Sequence record: OZ035759.1
DNA: 64,000 bases
Source of the DNA: Mosigvirus mar005p1
Reading direction: 5' to 3' (one strand)
Shown: positions 49,873-58,289 of the stretch, piece after piece
How the letters are laid out: each line of letters opens with the position of its first letter
How positions within the stretch are numbered: position 1 is the first letter of the stretch
The notes under the pieces: model-generated
What the model was told of the DNA's origin: nothing
Database searches by the model: none
What the model saw: the letters and a program-made list of their open reading frames with translations, nothing else
Program-made: the position numbers and the translations under genes

Positions 49873-51198
49873 TCAAAGTGCCTCCAAGTCTTTAGTGTAC
49901 TCTGTCACAACATCAGTAGACTTCCAATACTCATTTTCTTCTTTCTTAGCTTTAGCTTCTTCTGCTAGTTTACGTGCTTCATCGGAAGTGATATGGAAGA
50001 TGTTAAGACCTACCAGTTTATCGACATGTTCTTTATACATTTCGATTTGTGCTAGCTCTTCAGTCAAAGCTTTACGAGTCTTGCCTTGAATCACAATTTC
50101 ACCGTTGATAACTTTTTTGATGAAGTGTGCCTTAGCAAAAGCAAGTTTAAATGCTTTTTCAGATTCAAGGATTTTGTTGTCAATACGTTTCTGAACGTAA
50201 GTCTTACGGACTTCAACAAAATCTTTGATTAAGTCCACTACGTTATCGTAGACAGCTAATTTACCCTTTTCATTAATCACTGTGATGTTTTGTGAACGAC
50301 GTTCGATGAGACTAAAATCTTTCATGATTTTTTCATGACGTAGCTCTTCATCATCAGGAAGCGAGTACTCTTTACGGAACTTCACCTTAAACCCAAAGCC
50401 GTGTTCACCACAATCATCTTCCCATGAGATTAGACCTTTATCTTCCAACGGGTCGAGAACCTTACTCACATACGTTTCACGGTCGAATTTATATGGGATT
50501 TCAGTTATCTGCATTTGAGTGCGAGATGTGAACTTATATGTTCCGTGAATCTCATAACGCCCATCAACTTCATGTACTTCACCACGGAATTCCGGGAATT
50601 CAACTTTTGGCTTAGTGACATTTTTACCTTGAAGAGCTTGTAATACGGCCTTTTTGACTGATTTAAAACTATGAGGCAGAATATTTGTTGCGTAACCGGT
50701 TGCAATACCAGATACACCATTCAAAAGAACTGTCGGAATAATAGGAAGATAGAATTTTGGTGGAATGTGTTCTTTATCTTCATGAGCTGGAGCATATTCA
50801 GTATCTTTATATACGTTATAGAAATTTTTACTTACACGAGCAAAAATATAACGAGATGCTGCAGCTTTTTGGACTGTTCTAGAACCAAAGTTGCCTTGGC
50901 CATCTAACAGTGGATAGTTGTTGTTCCATGTGTTAGCCATCAATGCACCTGCATCTTGTGCAGAAGATTCACCATGGTGATAACCTAAATCTGCAACACC
51001 GCCTGCAATTGACGCAAGTTTATGAAATTTTTCTTTATTACCACGAGCCAAATCTAACGCACGATGAACCACAAAACGTTGAACCGGCTTAAATCCATCA
51101 ATCATGTTTGGGATTGCACGGTTTTCAACGGTGTACATCGCATATGCTAAGGCTTCGTTATCAATAATACTTTTTAGATTACGAGAATTCAATTGCAT
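49873..51198 (-). CDS. 52: DNA topoisomerase II medium subunit gp52
   Basis: 441 aa; GyrA-like PxQRF motif region; T4 synteny. Confidence 0.95.
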   Translation of the reverse strand: MQLNSRNLKSIIDNEALAYAMYTVENRAIPNMIDGFKPVQRFVVHRALDLARGNKEKFHKLASIAGGVADLGYHHGESSAQDAGALMANTWNNNYPLLDGQGNFGSRTVQKAAASRYIFARVSKNFYNVYKDTEYAPAHEDKEHIPPKFYLPIIPTVLLNGVSGIATGYATNILPHSFKSVKKAVLQALQGKNVTKPKVEFPEFRGEVHEVDGRYEIHGTYKFTSRTQMQITEIPYKFDRETYVSKVLDPLEDKGLISWEDDCGEHGFGFKVKFRKEYSLPDDEELRHEKIMKDFSLIERRSQNITVINEKGKLAVYDNVVDLIKDFVEVRKTYVQKRIDNKILESEKAFKLAFAKAHFIKKVINGEIVIQGKTRKALTEELAQIEMYKEHVDKLVGLNIFHITSDEARKLAEEAKAKKEENEYWKSTDVVTEYTKDLEAL

Positions 51199-51202
51199 AT
51201 TT

Positions 51203-51343
51203 TCACCATATTAATGAACGAATAACCATTATAACATCTGAAATGAAAAGCACTACTTGGATTAGCCCAAACATCACACCGTAGTACAGAACCGTAAGCA
51301 ACAACAAGAGCCCGAAGGCTCCTGCTAAGATTTTCTTAATCAT
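51203..51343 (-). CDS. tiny hydrophobic peptide, 46 aa (MIKKILAGAFGLLLLLTVLYYGV...); possible ac-like membrane peptide
   Basis: ATG overlaps upstream stop (TAATG); ends 4 nt before gene 52 start; below track cutoff. Confidence 0.3.
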   Translation of the reverse strand: MIKKILAGAFGLLLLLTVLYYGVMFGLIQVVLFISDVIMVIRSLIW

Positions 51344-51489
51344 TACTCGCCTTTTAACACGTTAAGAAGAGCTAAGACCGCTAAGGTACCTTGTGATACG
51401 GCCTGTTGAAATACTGTTGTTTCGCCTGTAACTAAAGTGTTAACGAATAAAAACGACCAACATAGCAATGCAATAATCCATGCTACCAT
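51343..51489 (-). CDS. tiny hydrophobic peptide, 48 aa (MVAWIIALLCWSFLFVNTLV...)
   Basis: below track cutoff; translationally coupled to the next ORF. Confidence 0.3.
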   Translation of the reverse strand: MVAWIIALLCWSFLFVNTLVTGETTVFQQAVSQGTLAVLALLNVLKGE

Positions 51490-51541
51490 TTTAATTACCT
51501 CAAAAATAAATTAAAGGCCTAACTTAATAGGCCTATATAAA

Positions 51542-51988
51542 TTAGTAACTCTGCAGAATGAATTTGAAATTATCAGCCAGAAGACGGTTCATTTCAGTGA
51601 GTGTTTGATATTCTGATGTATGGTTGCGAGTGAATGCTAGAGCCAATTGACCTTTACCATAACCGGTTGTCAGTGGTTTCATGTTCTTAGCTGCAACAAA
51701 GATTACATCATATTCAATATTGTTAGTGCCCATGGTACGGGCTAGTTGCGAACGGCCTTGACGAATGTGAGAAAGAATTGCATCCAACCCCTGTTTAGAA
51801 CGTTGACGTCCTACAAAGAATCGTGCTGCTACTTGTCGCCAATCAGACGAACCTTTAACGAAGAAGTAAAAACCTTCACGAGAACGAAACTCTTTAGAAA
51901 CTTCAGAACCGTATTCGCCATTACGAACTACTGCAACAACTTCACCGCCAACTGCCAGAAGGTCTTTACGAGTTAAATATTTGGACAT
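51542..51988 (-). CDS. ndd: Ndd nucleoid disruption protein
   Basis: 148 aa; C-terminus ...[12 protein letters not shown] matches recalled T4 Ndd. Confidence 0.8.
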   Translation of the reverse strand: MSKYLTRKDLLAVGGEVVAVVRNGEYGSEVSKEFRSREGFYFFVKGSSDWRQVAARFFVGRQRSKQGLDAILSHIRQGRSQLARTMGTNNIEYDVIFVAAKNMKPLTTGYGKGQLALAFTRNHTSEYQTLTEMNRLLADNFKFILQSY

Positions 51989-52033
51989 GCTAATTTCCTC
52001 AATTGATTAATGTTTTTGTAATCCATGAGAGCA

Positions 52034-52062
52034 TTATACTCTGCTCTCAAGAGTTTGTACAA
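52034..52062 (-). promoter_or_regulatory. T4 early promoter (TTGTACA N16 TATAAT, minus strand) upstream of ndd
   Basis: plus attata 52034..52039, tgtacaa 52056..52062. Confidence 0.5.
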
Positions 52063-52064
52063 TT

Positions 52065-52265
52065 TTATTCGGCCATATCAGAACGTTCAAAAAGCTCTTC
52101 AACAGTTAAACATTCAGTGTCATCTTCAATAAAGAATCGAGTCCAACACGTTGGGGCGATACAGTTATGAGTTTGTCCGGCGATAGAAGCTACACGAATA
52201 AGCTGCTGACCATTATTCAGAACAAATTTTTCGCCAATTTCAACGTCTTTAAAAAGCTTAGCCAT
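52065..52265 (-). CDS. ndd.1-position hypothetical protein
   Basis: 66 aa. Confidence 0.45.
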   Translation of the reverse strand: MAKLFKDVEIGEKFVLNNGQQLIRVASIAGQTHNCIAPTCWTRFFIEDDTECLTVEELFERSDMAE

Positions 52266-52293
52266 TTTGTGTTCCTCATGTTTCAGTAGGACT

Positions 52294-52323
52294 ACTATAC
52301 CATAATCCTACCGTGATGTAAAC
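52294..52323 (-). promoter_or_regulatory. T4 early promoter (GTTTACA N17 TATAGT, minus strand)
   Basis: plus actata 52294..52299, tgtaaac 52317..52323. Confidence 0.5.
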
Positions 52324-52325
52324 AA

Positions 52326-52436
52326 TTAAATTACATTAAAATATGTTAAAGCCAACCATGTTCCAGTGAACGAACATGCAATGTAAAAACCCGTATCACA
52401 AATTGTTCTTAGTACAATAAGAAGTGCATTTTTCAT
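52326..52436 (-). CDS. tiny hydrophobic peptide, 36 aa (MKNALLIVLRTICDTGFYIACSFTGTWLALTYFNVI)
   Basis: ATGA start/stop overlap with upstream peptide. Confidence 0.25.
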   Translation of the reverse strand: MKNALLIVLRTICDTGFYIACSFTGTWLALTYFNVI

Positions 52437-52519
52437 AAGTACCTCAACACAATTGAAAATATTATACAAATCATTGGGATACTAAGCAACCATATTCCTA
52501 TCCACATTTTAGAGCTCAT
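52433..52519 (-). CDS. tiny hydrophobic peptide, 28 aa (MSSKMWIGIWLLSIPMICIIFSIVLRYL)
   Basis: ATGA overlap with stop of ORF 52516..52779. Confidence 0.25.
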   Translation of the reverse strand: MSSKMWIGIWLLSIPMICIIFSIVLRYL

Positions 52520-52779
52520 ATCTCAACTTCCGCGAGTTCCATATATCCTTTGTTGATAACCTCTTTAAGGTCTTTAGAAAGAATAACACTAAAATGGTCG
52601 TTCATATGTCCATTAACTAAACGAGTTATTTCGGCTTCAGATGACATATAAGGCACGTCTGAGTCCCAATGAGATAGACCCAAATGGGTATAAATCATCC
52701 CTTCGTCATCTGCGGTGTTGTACATTGAAACAAATTCGCCTGTTACTTTATGTTTTGCGTAGAAAAATTTAAATTTCAT
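52516..52779 (-). CDS. hypothetical protein (ndd.x region)
   Basis: 87 aa; early promoter upstream. Confidence 0.45.
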   Translation of the reverse strand: MKFKFFYAKHKVTGEFVSMYNTADDEGMIYTHLGLSHWDSDVPYMSSEAEITRLVNGHMNDHFSVILSKDLKEVINKGYMELAEVEI

Positions 52780-52805
52780 GATGTTATCCTCTTTTAGATA
52801 GGACT

Positions 52806-52835
52806 ACTATATCATAGTCCTACTTAGTTGTAAAC
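52806..52835 (-). promoter_or_regulatory. T4 early promoter (GTTTACA N17 TATAGT, minus strand)
   Basis: plus actata 52806..52811, tgtaaac 52829..52835. Confidence 0.5.
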
Positions 52836-52847
52836 ACTTTTGTGAAA

Positions 52848-53405
52848 TTAAAGATGAAGATACCACCCGTTGTAGTTGCTCTTGCGGACGATTTTCTTTA
52901 GGTCTTCATGGTCTCCCACGAACTTTATAGAATAAGAGAAGACGTCAGGTGAGGTTTCTTTGACATCTAATATAATAATGCAATCTGCGACTCGATGATT
53001 CAAGAAGGGCCCTATATTGATTCCATTACCACCTGGGTAATCACCGCTGTATCCTGTGGTAACGGAAATCCATTTAGAATCTATCTGGTGCGTCTTGACT
53101 TCTACACGAATTCCACAATACTTGGGATGGGCTAACACGTCCCATGCATACGTGTACGGGTCTTCTACATCTTCAATACCTTTATTAACATATCCGTCTA
53201 GCCAATTTGCTACTACATACTCTGCAAAGACCGCAACCTTACAACGTCGAACAACGTCTTCTTTTATTTGTCCTGGATCTTGTTTCAACGAGTACCGAGC
53301 AGTATCAGCGATCTTAACCTTCATTTCGCTAGTCAAAAACTCATTCGACAGGATAAATGTCGGAAGACTCTTCAGCCTCAACAGCCCCAAGTTCGTCTTT
53401 ACCAT
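52848..53405 (-). CDS. denB: probable endonuclease IV (DenB); start at Met22 of track ORF with AGAGG RBS
   Basis: 185 aa from this start, matching T4 DenB length; position between rIIB and ndd. Confidence 0.55.
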   Translation of the reverse strand: MVKTNLGLLRLKSLPTFILSNEFLTSEMKVKIADTARYSLKQDPGQIKEDVVRRCKVAVFAEYVVANWLDGYVNKGIEDVEDPYTYAWDVLAHPKYCGIRVEVKTHQIDSKWISVTTGYSGDYPGGNGINIGPFLNHRVADCIIILDVKETSPDVFSYSIKFVGDHEDLKKIVRKSNYNGWYLHL

Positions 53406-53628
53406 AGATACCTCTGATGTGTAGTTCGCCAAAATAAATGCGGTCTCCTTCTTCAAGATATTCTGCATCTACCGGTGGGATTTCAATAACAACTTCGTCG
53501 CATTCTAACCAGCCGTAGTGTGCATCGCCAGGATGTTTTACCAATTTAGCACAATAAACTGATTTACACTTATGATGACCACGAAGATTAGCAATTTTGG
53601 ATTCTGATACGTCAAATGGATGAATCAT
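53341..53628 (-). CDS. hypothetical protein (denB.1 position); overlaps denB start region
   Basis: 95 aa. Confidence 0.35.
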   Translation of the reverse strand: MIHPFDVSESKIANLRGHHKCKSVYCAKLVKHPGDAHYGWLECDEVVIEIPPVDAEYLEEGDRIYFGELHIRGIYGKDELGAVEAEESSDIYPVE

Positions 53629-53648
53629 AATTACCCCTAAAGAAAAAA

Positions 53649-53664
53649 GGGGACCGAAGTCCCC
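53649..53664 (-). terminator. rho-independent terminator after rIIB (GGGGAC UUCG GUCCCC then UUUUUU)
   Basis: perfect 6-bp stem, UUCG loop, U6. Confidence 0.65.
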
Positions 53665-53669
53665 AATTA

Positions 53670-54617
53670 TTATTCTGCAAATAATTCAGTAACGTCTGAA
53701 ATTACTTCATAACGACAAGTACGCATCTTGGCATCACCATAGTCAACCGGGATGGATACAACATCACGTGGATGAACTTTAACCTTAACAACTTTATCTG
53801 AGCTAGAACCAAAGTAACGAATATATGATTTAGCACAAACATGTAGACCACGGGAGCAGGTTTGAGTATCATCATCGTTAACACGAGTACGAGGCATTGA
53901 AACAACTTTACCAGGCGAGTTATCAAATGTACCGCTATAACAATCTAAATAGTCTTTACGAACTACTTTCCACGCGTAGAAATGCCCATCTTCAGTGATT
54001 TCAATATCATTTGCAACCAAGAAGTCGAATAAACGTTGTACAGCTTTTTCGCTTGGGTTTTCTAACAGGTTTTCAAGGAATGGCAGATAGAATTTAAAGT
54101 CTTCACCTTTTTCCATGGAATCAATAATACGGTTAACCAGCCCTGAACGAATCTCTATACCTTGATAAAATAAACTACCGCCTTCAATAGTAACATTACC
54201 ATCAACAAACTTAGTAATAGCTTTCTTGACGTTAATAAGTTCGACAGCTTTACTAAGGTTTCCTGCGACCAGATTAGCTTTAATTTCTTCAAAATTTGCA
54301 TGACTTGATGGAGTCGCATTGTATGCTACGCGTCCTTCAATAATTGAAATAAATTTAGATGACGCATTCCATACGATTTCAGGACGATGTCCGCCGATAA
54401 TAGGTTCATCATTTTCTGGAACTTCTTCGATTACATAAGAGGCATCGTTTGCTTCAGGGACAACGCCTTCTGCTTTAAAATTCTTAACAATCTTACGAAG
54501 AGTATCTGTTGAAATGTCGAAGTAATCGGCAATTTCTTTACGAGTCCATTTGCCTGATTCAACCAGGCCGTAAGCTTCTAACTGTTCTTCTTGGGACAAG
54601 CATTTAATATTGTACAT
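53670..54617 (-). CDS. rIIB: RIIB membrane-associated protein
   Basis: 315 aa; near-identical to recalled T4 RIIB. Confidence 0.9.
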   Translation of the reverse strand: MYNIKCLSQEEQLEAYGLVESGKWTRKEIADYFDISTDTLRKIVKNFKAEGVVPEANDASYVIEEVPENDEPIIGGHRPEIVWNASSKFISIIEGRVAYNATPSSHANFEEIKANLVAGNLSKAVELINVKKAITKFVDGNVTIEGGSLFYQGIEIRSGLVNRIIDSMEKGEDFKFYLPFLENLLENPSEKAVQRLFDFLVANDIEITEDGHFYAWKVVRKDYLDCYSGTFDNSPGKVVSMPRTRVNDDDTQTCSRGLHVCAKSYIRYFGSSSDKVVKVKVHPRDVVSIPVDYGDAKMRTCRYEVISDVTELFAE

Positions 54618-54626
54618 AATGTTTCC

Positions 54627-56840
54627 TTATTTGGCCGCTTCCACGGCCTTCATGAATTTAACGATTTGAGCGACCTGTTCTTTGGAAAGAGTACCACGTC
54701 GTCCCATGTATTCTGACACAATATGATAATTGGTTTCGAATTCAATAACCATTTTATCATCATTATCGTAAGCATTATCTTTAAGCTTATCGAAAATTTT
54801 AGCACACAATTCTAACTTCTTATTCAGGTCTGTATTAGTAGCACCTGCGAATCGATTCCATCCCCAGCGATTATTTACTGTTGAGAGTTTTGCAAAATCT
54901 TTACTGATTTCTTTGTTTTTAGAGCTAAAATACTTACTAAGGAAGTTAAGCTCTTCATTACGAGTAATATGATTCAAATAAGGCTGTGCTCTACGACTTG
55001 GTGATACATACTCATCATAATCTACTTTATCGATTAGCATAATATAGTCATTAATTGATTTTTCGAACAAGCATTCTACTTCACCAAGTTTACGAACTTT
55101 CTTAGCAATCTGTGGACGAACTACAGTGAACTCTTTAATATCTGACAAATCAGCAATACGGGTCAAGAAATTAGAGTCATAGTTCAACCAACCTTTATCT
55201 GCGTCAAGACATTCAGCATTAGAACGATTACGAACTATAGCATAACCTTGGATTTCATCAGCTTCACTCGCTGGAATAAAGAGATCTTCTGATACCCAAA
55301 CATCGTTTTCATTCTTAAAGAACCGATGAGCACTTGGCGATTTAGGACGAGGCTCATTAGTCCGTTTCCTGACTTCAATCCATGGCTTAACGATTTGTAA
55401 AAGCTCTGAAGTCTTGTACATGTTAATGTTGTCGCCATCAAAGATAACTTTAAGGCGTTCCAGAAGTTTCATTGCATCTTCGTCTGTAGGGTCAACGAAT
55501 AGTACGCTTTTACCAAAACCGCGTGGAACTTTACCAGTTAATTTAACCTCGTCTTTAGACATTTCAATTGAATTAAGAGCTCGCATTAATGGAACGCGTC
55601 CCTTAACGTCGTCAATAACAATTTCAACGTTTTTAATGTTAATGCCAATCAGGCTGTTAATTGAAATGGTTGTTGATGAGCTACCGCTTTCACGAATACG
55701 ACGAAGACGAGGGGATTCAACGATATCGTATACGACGCCAAGATTACACCATTCGGGTCCCATTTTAAAACGTTTGTACAACTCAGAATAAGTTAGTTGT
55801 TCTTTAGAGTATTTCAGTGATTCAATATTAGACCCGGCCTTTTCCATGTATTTACGAGCGGTATAGCCAAGAGAATCAATTTCACGGAACACATGACGTG
55901 GGTATTTACAATCAATCCATTTCTTAGAATCTTCAGCGAACAATTTAGCATCGATTTCTGCAACGCGTTTATGGATATTTGCTACTGTACGTTTATCAAA
56001 TGACAATGCTTCACGAGACGGGGCTACATCTAGTTCACCCATAGGGAATTTAATATAAGCTGTAGTACATCGCGTCATCATCCATGTTTGTTCTTTAATA
56101 ACACTTCCGATTGGATATACAATACCACCATAAACAGCCATGATATTACCACGTTCACCCCATGGAGCTTCCTTGGCCAAATATACATCGTCAAATTCTG
56201 GGAAGTATTTAATATCTTTAACACCGCGAACTTCTGCAATATCACCTAGAGGACGCATAACATATGCAATTTCGGATGCGAACTTTTCAAAATCTTCCGG
56301 GTTAACCGGTACAACTACTTCTACACCCGTACGGTCATTAGGACCCATCTTATCTACGAAGGTCGGCTTAATCTGTGGACCACTGTCATCTTGATAAATT
56401 ACATAACCACGAACTTCACCGTTGTGATAAGACGTAAGGTTAAACGTATCAGTATATGCTAGCGGAGCTTTAGAACCGAGTCCGAATCCACCAATGAAAT
56501 CGTTACTCGATGTTTTAGTTGAAGCAAAATATGAGTTATAAATTCCTGGTTCTTCATCATTACCACGAATAGTGAAATCACTCATACCAGGACCAAAGTC
56601 TCGAACTACAAAGCGTGGGTCCAAACGACCTGGAGCCTGAACAATAAACTTATCAGTGCAACCGTTAAGAATTTGTCCATCGATACAGTTTGTGATTAAT
56701 TCACGTACACAAGCCAATTCTTTGTTTGTATAAAGGTCATTAGACAAAATCTTATAAACTTTGCTATTGCCTTGAATAGTGAATGCTGTGCTCTTACCGC
56801 CTGAACCAATAATCGTTTCTTTAGCCGTTTCAATAATCAT
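54627..56840 (-). CDS. rIIA: RIIA protein (GHKL ATPase-like N-terminal domain)
   Basis: 737 aa; near-identical to recalled T4 RIIA N-terminus. Confidence 0.9.
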   Translation of the reverse strand: MIIETAKETIIGSGGKSTAFTIQGNSKVYKILSNDLYTNKELACVRELITNCIDGQILNGCTDKFIVQAPGRLDPRFVVRDFGPGMSDFTIRGNDEEPGIYNSYFASTKTSSNDFIGGFGLGSKAPLAYTDTFNLTSYHNGEVRGYVIYQDDSGPQIKPTFVDKMGPNDRTGVEVVVPVNPEDFEKFASEIAYVMRPLGDIAEVRGVKDIKYFPEFDDVYLAKEAPWGERGNIMAVYGGIVYPIGSVIKEQTWMMTRCTTAYIKFPMGELDVAPSREALSFDKRTVANIHKRVAEIDAKLFAEDSKKWIDCKYPRHVFREIDSLGYTARKYMEKAGSNIESLKYSKEQLTYSELYKRFKMGPEWCNLGVVYDIVESPRLRRIRESGSSSTTISINSLIGINIKNVEIVIDDVKGRVPLMRALNSIEMSKDEVKLTGKVPRGFGKSVLFVDPTDEDAMKLLERLKVIFDGDNINMYKTSELLQIVKPWIEVRKRTNEPRPKSPSAHRFFKNENDVWVSEDLFIPASEADEIQGYAIVRNRSNAECLDADKGWLNYDSNFLTRIADLSDIKEFTVVRPQIAKKVRKLGEVECLFEKSINDYIMLIDKVDYDEYVSPSRRAQPYLNHITRNEELNFLSKYFSSKNKEISKDFAKLSTVNNRWGWNRFAGATNTDLNKKLELCAKIFDKLKDNAYDNDDKMVIEFETNYHIVSEYMGRRGTLSKEQVAQIVKFMKAVEAAK

Positions 56841-56852
56841 ATTTTTCTCTCA

Positions 56853-57053
56853 TCACAAGTTACGTTTAAAAATTTCTGCTACTTCAAGAAGTTCTTCTTT
56901 AGTAGCTGTATCGGTTTGTATTTTATATCGAATTTCTTTAAAGCGTTCTTTAAAGGACTCTGCTGACTCGATATCAAAAAATCTTTGGATAAGCCGGAAT
57001 TCCCGGAGCACCGCTTTATCAAAAAGTTCCAAGTCCACGTTATATGTTCTCAT
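56853..57053 (-). CDS. rIIA.1-position hypothetical protein
   Basis: 66 aa. Confidence 0.5.
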   Translation of the reverse strand: MRTYNVDLELFDKAVLREFRLIQRFFDIESAESFKERFKEIRYKIQTDTATKEELLEVAEIFKRNL

Positions 57054-57079
57054 AATATTCTCTTCAGTAGATTCCTAGG

Positions 57080-57130
57080 GCACTATTACTAAAGACCATA
57101 TAATCTATCATCTTATGTGTAATAGTGCCT
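57080..57130. repeat. perfect 11-bp inverted repeat GGCACTATTAC / GTAATAGTGCC separated by 29 bp, between the glycosyltransferase-like gene and rIIA.1
   Basis: arms at 57080..57090 and 57120..57130. Confidence 0.8.
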
Positions 57131-57145
57131 CAGGCTATTCAGGAT

Positions 57146-58246
57146 TTACGCTGTGAAGATTTTATCCCACATCGCAACAACTGCATCTCGATTATACTTC
57201 TTCCATACTGCTTCAGCACGTTTAACTCGAGCTTCGTATGTGTCAGTGAATTCTAATACAGCTTTTGTGTAAAGCGCAACTACTTCTTTCTTAGGAGTAG
57301 AGGAATCAATTTCTACACGCACAGTATCTGGGTCGTATTCGAATGTCGCATGAGGATAATCCTTAAAAACTAACTGGATTACAGGGACACCTTTAGAGAT
57401 GGCTTCAATAGAACTATTCTCTACCGTACCTGTGTCAGGACACGTATTAATAAGTGCTTTAGCTGTTTTAAGACGTTCCATGATTTCACTGTGTGGAGCA
57501 TCAATAATAACAGGATACTTAGCCGGTGGTGCCCATTTACTAGGACAGTATCCTACACCATTTTCGCCTAGTGCTTTAATTGCTTCAAGAGCAACATCAG
57601 TACGACGCATTTTAGTGTCATAACGTTGTGCACTAATAATCAGATCAGTCGCCGGAAGAACTTCAGGTTTCTCATTCAAACAAATAACCGGATAATCTTC
57701 GGCTTCAAACAACGGATTTGCTCGCCAATAATCATAATCAATTTTGTCAGTCAAACCTGAAGTCATATAACAATATTTACGTTCAAATTCACGGAAGGCT
57801 TTAGTAGGAGCATAACTCTTACCACCATTCTTATGAATTTGAATAGTCTGGTCCCAAATTTGAACAATGCCACGAGATACCGGTTCAAATGGTGTTGCCA
57901 TAAAATTCTTATGAACTTTAGAGAGACCTGCGTCTTTAATTGCCTGAACGGTTAGTTTAGTCGGTTCCATAGTAACAACAAAATCGTATTCATGGATGCC
58001 GGCTAGTTCAACAATCTTACGAGCCATAGTATAACTCATACCTAGACTGAATTTTGTCAGATGACCAACAGGATGATGATTAACTTTCCAATCACCAAAC
58101 GTGTCATTATCAAAGCCGATATAATCAATATCAGCACCGATGGACACAAGATATTTCAACACGTTCAAATGAACTGCTTCAAGACCACCTTGTACACGTT
58201 CTGGGTTAAATGGGACTGCGCGCGATGGGATAAACATAACTTTCAT
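57146..58246 (-). CDS. GT-B fold glycosyltransferase-like protein (GT4-like motifs); occupies the position of T4 gene 60/mobA
   Basis: 366 aa; N-terminal MKVMFIP...GG.E.V...L segment and C-terminal ENSSIEAISKGVPVI resembling the EX7E region of GT4 enzymes; motif-level inference only. Confidence 0.45.
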   Translation of the reverse strand: MKVMFIPSRAVPFNPERVQGGLEAVHLNVLKYLVSIGADIDYIGFDNDTFGDWKVNHHPVGHLTKFSLGMSYTMARKIVELAGIHEYDFVVTMEPTKLTVQAIKDAGLSKVHKNFMATPFEPVSRGIVQIWDQTIQIHKNGGKSYAPTKAFREFERKYCYMTSGLTDKIDYDYWRANPLFEAEDYPVICLNEKPEVLPATDLIISAQRYDTKMRRTDVALEAIKALGENGVGYCPSKWAPPAKYPVIIDAPHSEIMERLKTAKALINTCPDTGTVENSSIEAISKGVPVIQLVFKDYPHATFEYDPDTVRVEIDSSTPKKEVVALYTKAVLEFTDTYEARVKRAEAVWKKYNRDAVVAMWDKIFTA

Positions 58247-58271
58247 AATTAAGCCTTATTAAAATTAAAAT

Positions 58272-58289
58272 GAAGCTCCCGAAGGAGCT
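58272..58289 (-). terminator. UUCG-tetraloop hairpin (AAGCUCC UUCG GGAGCUU) immediately after gene 39 stop, followed by AU-rich tract
   Basis: perfect 7-bp stem. Confidence 0.5.

Noticed and set aside
49735-50089. Plus-strand track ORFs overlapping the gene 52 3' end and terminator
   Set aside because: Overlap the gene 52 terminator hairpin and coding region on the opposite strand; low complexity.
55235-56394. Track ORFs inside rIIA
   Set aside because: Same-strand alternative-frame and antisense shadow ORFs within rIIA.
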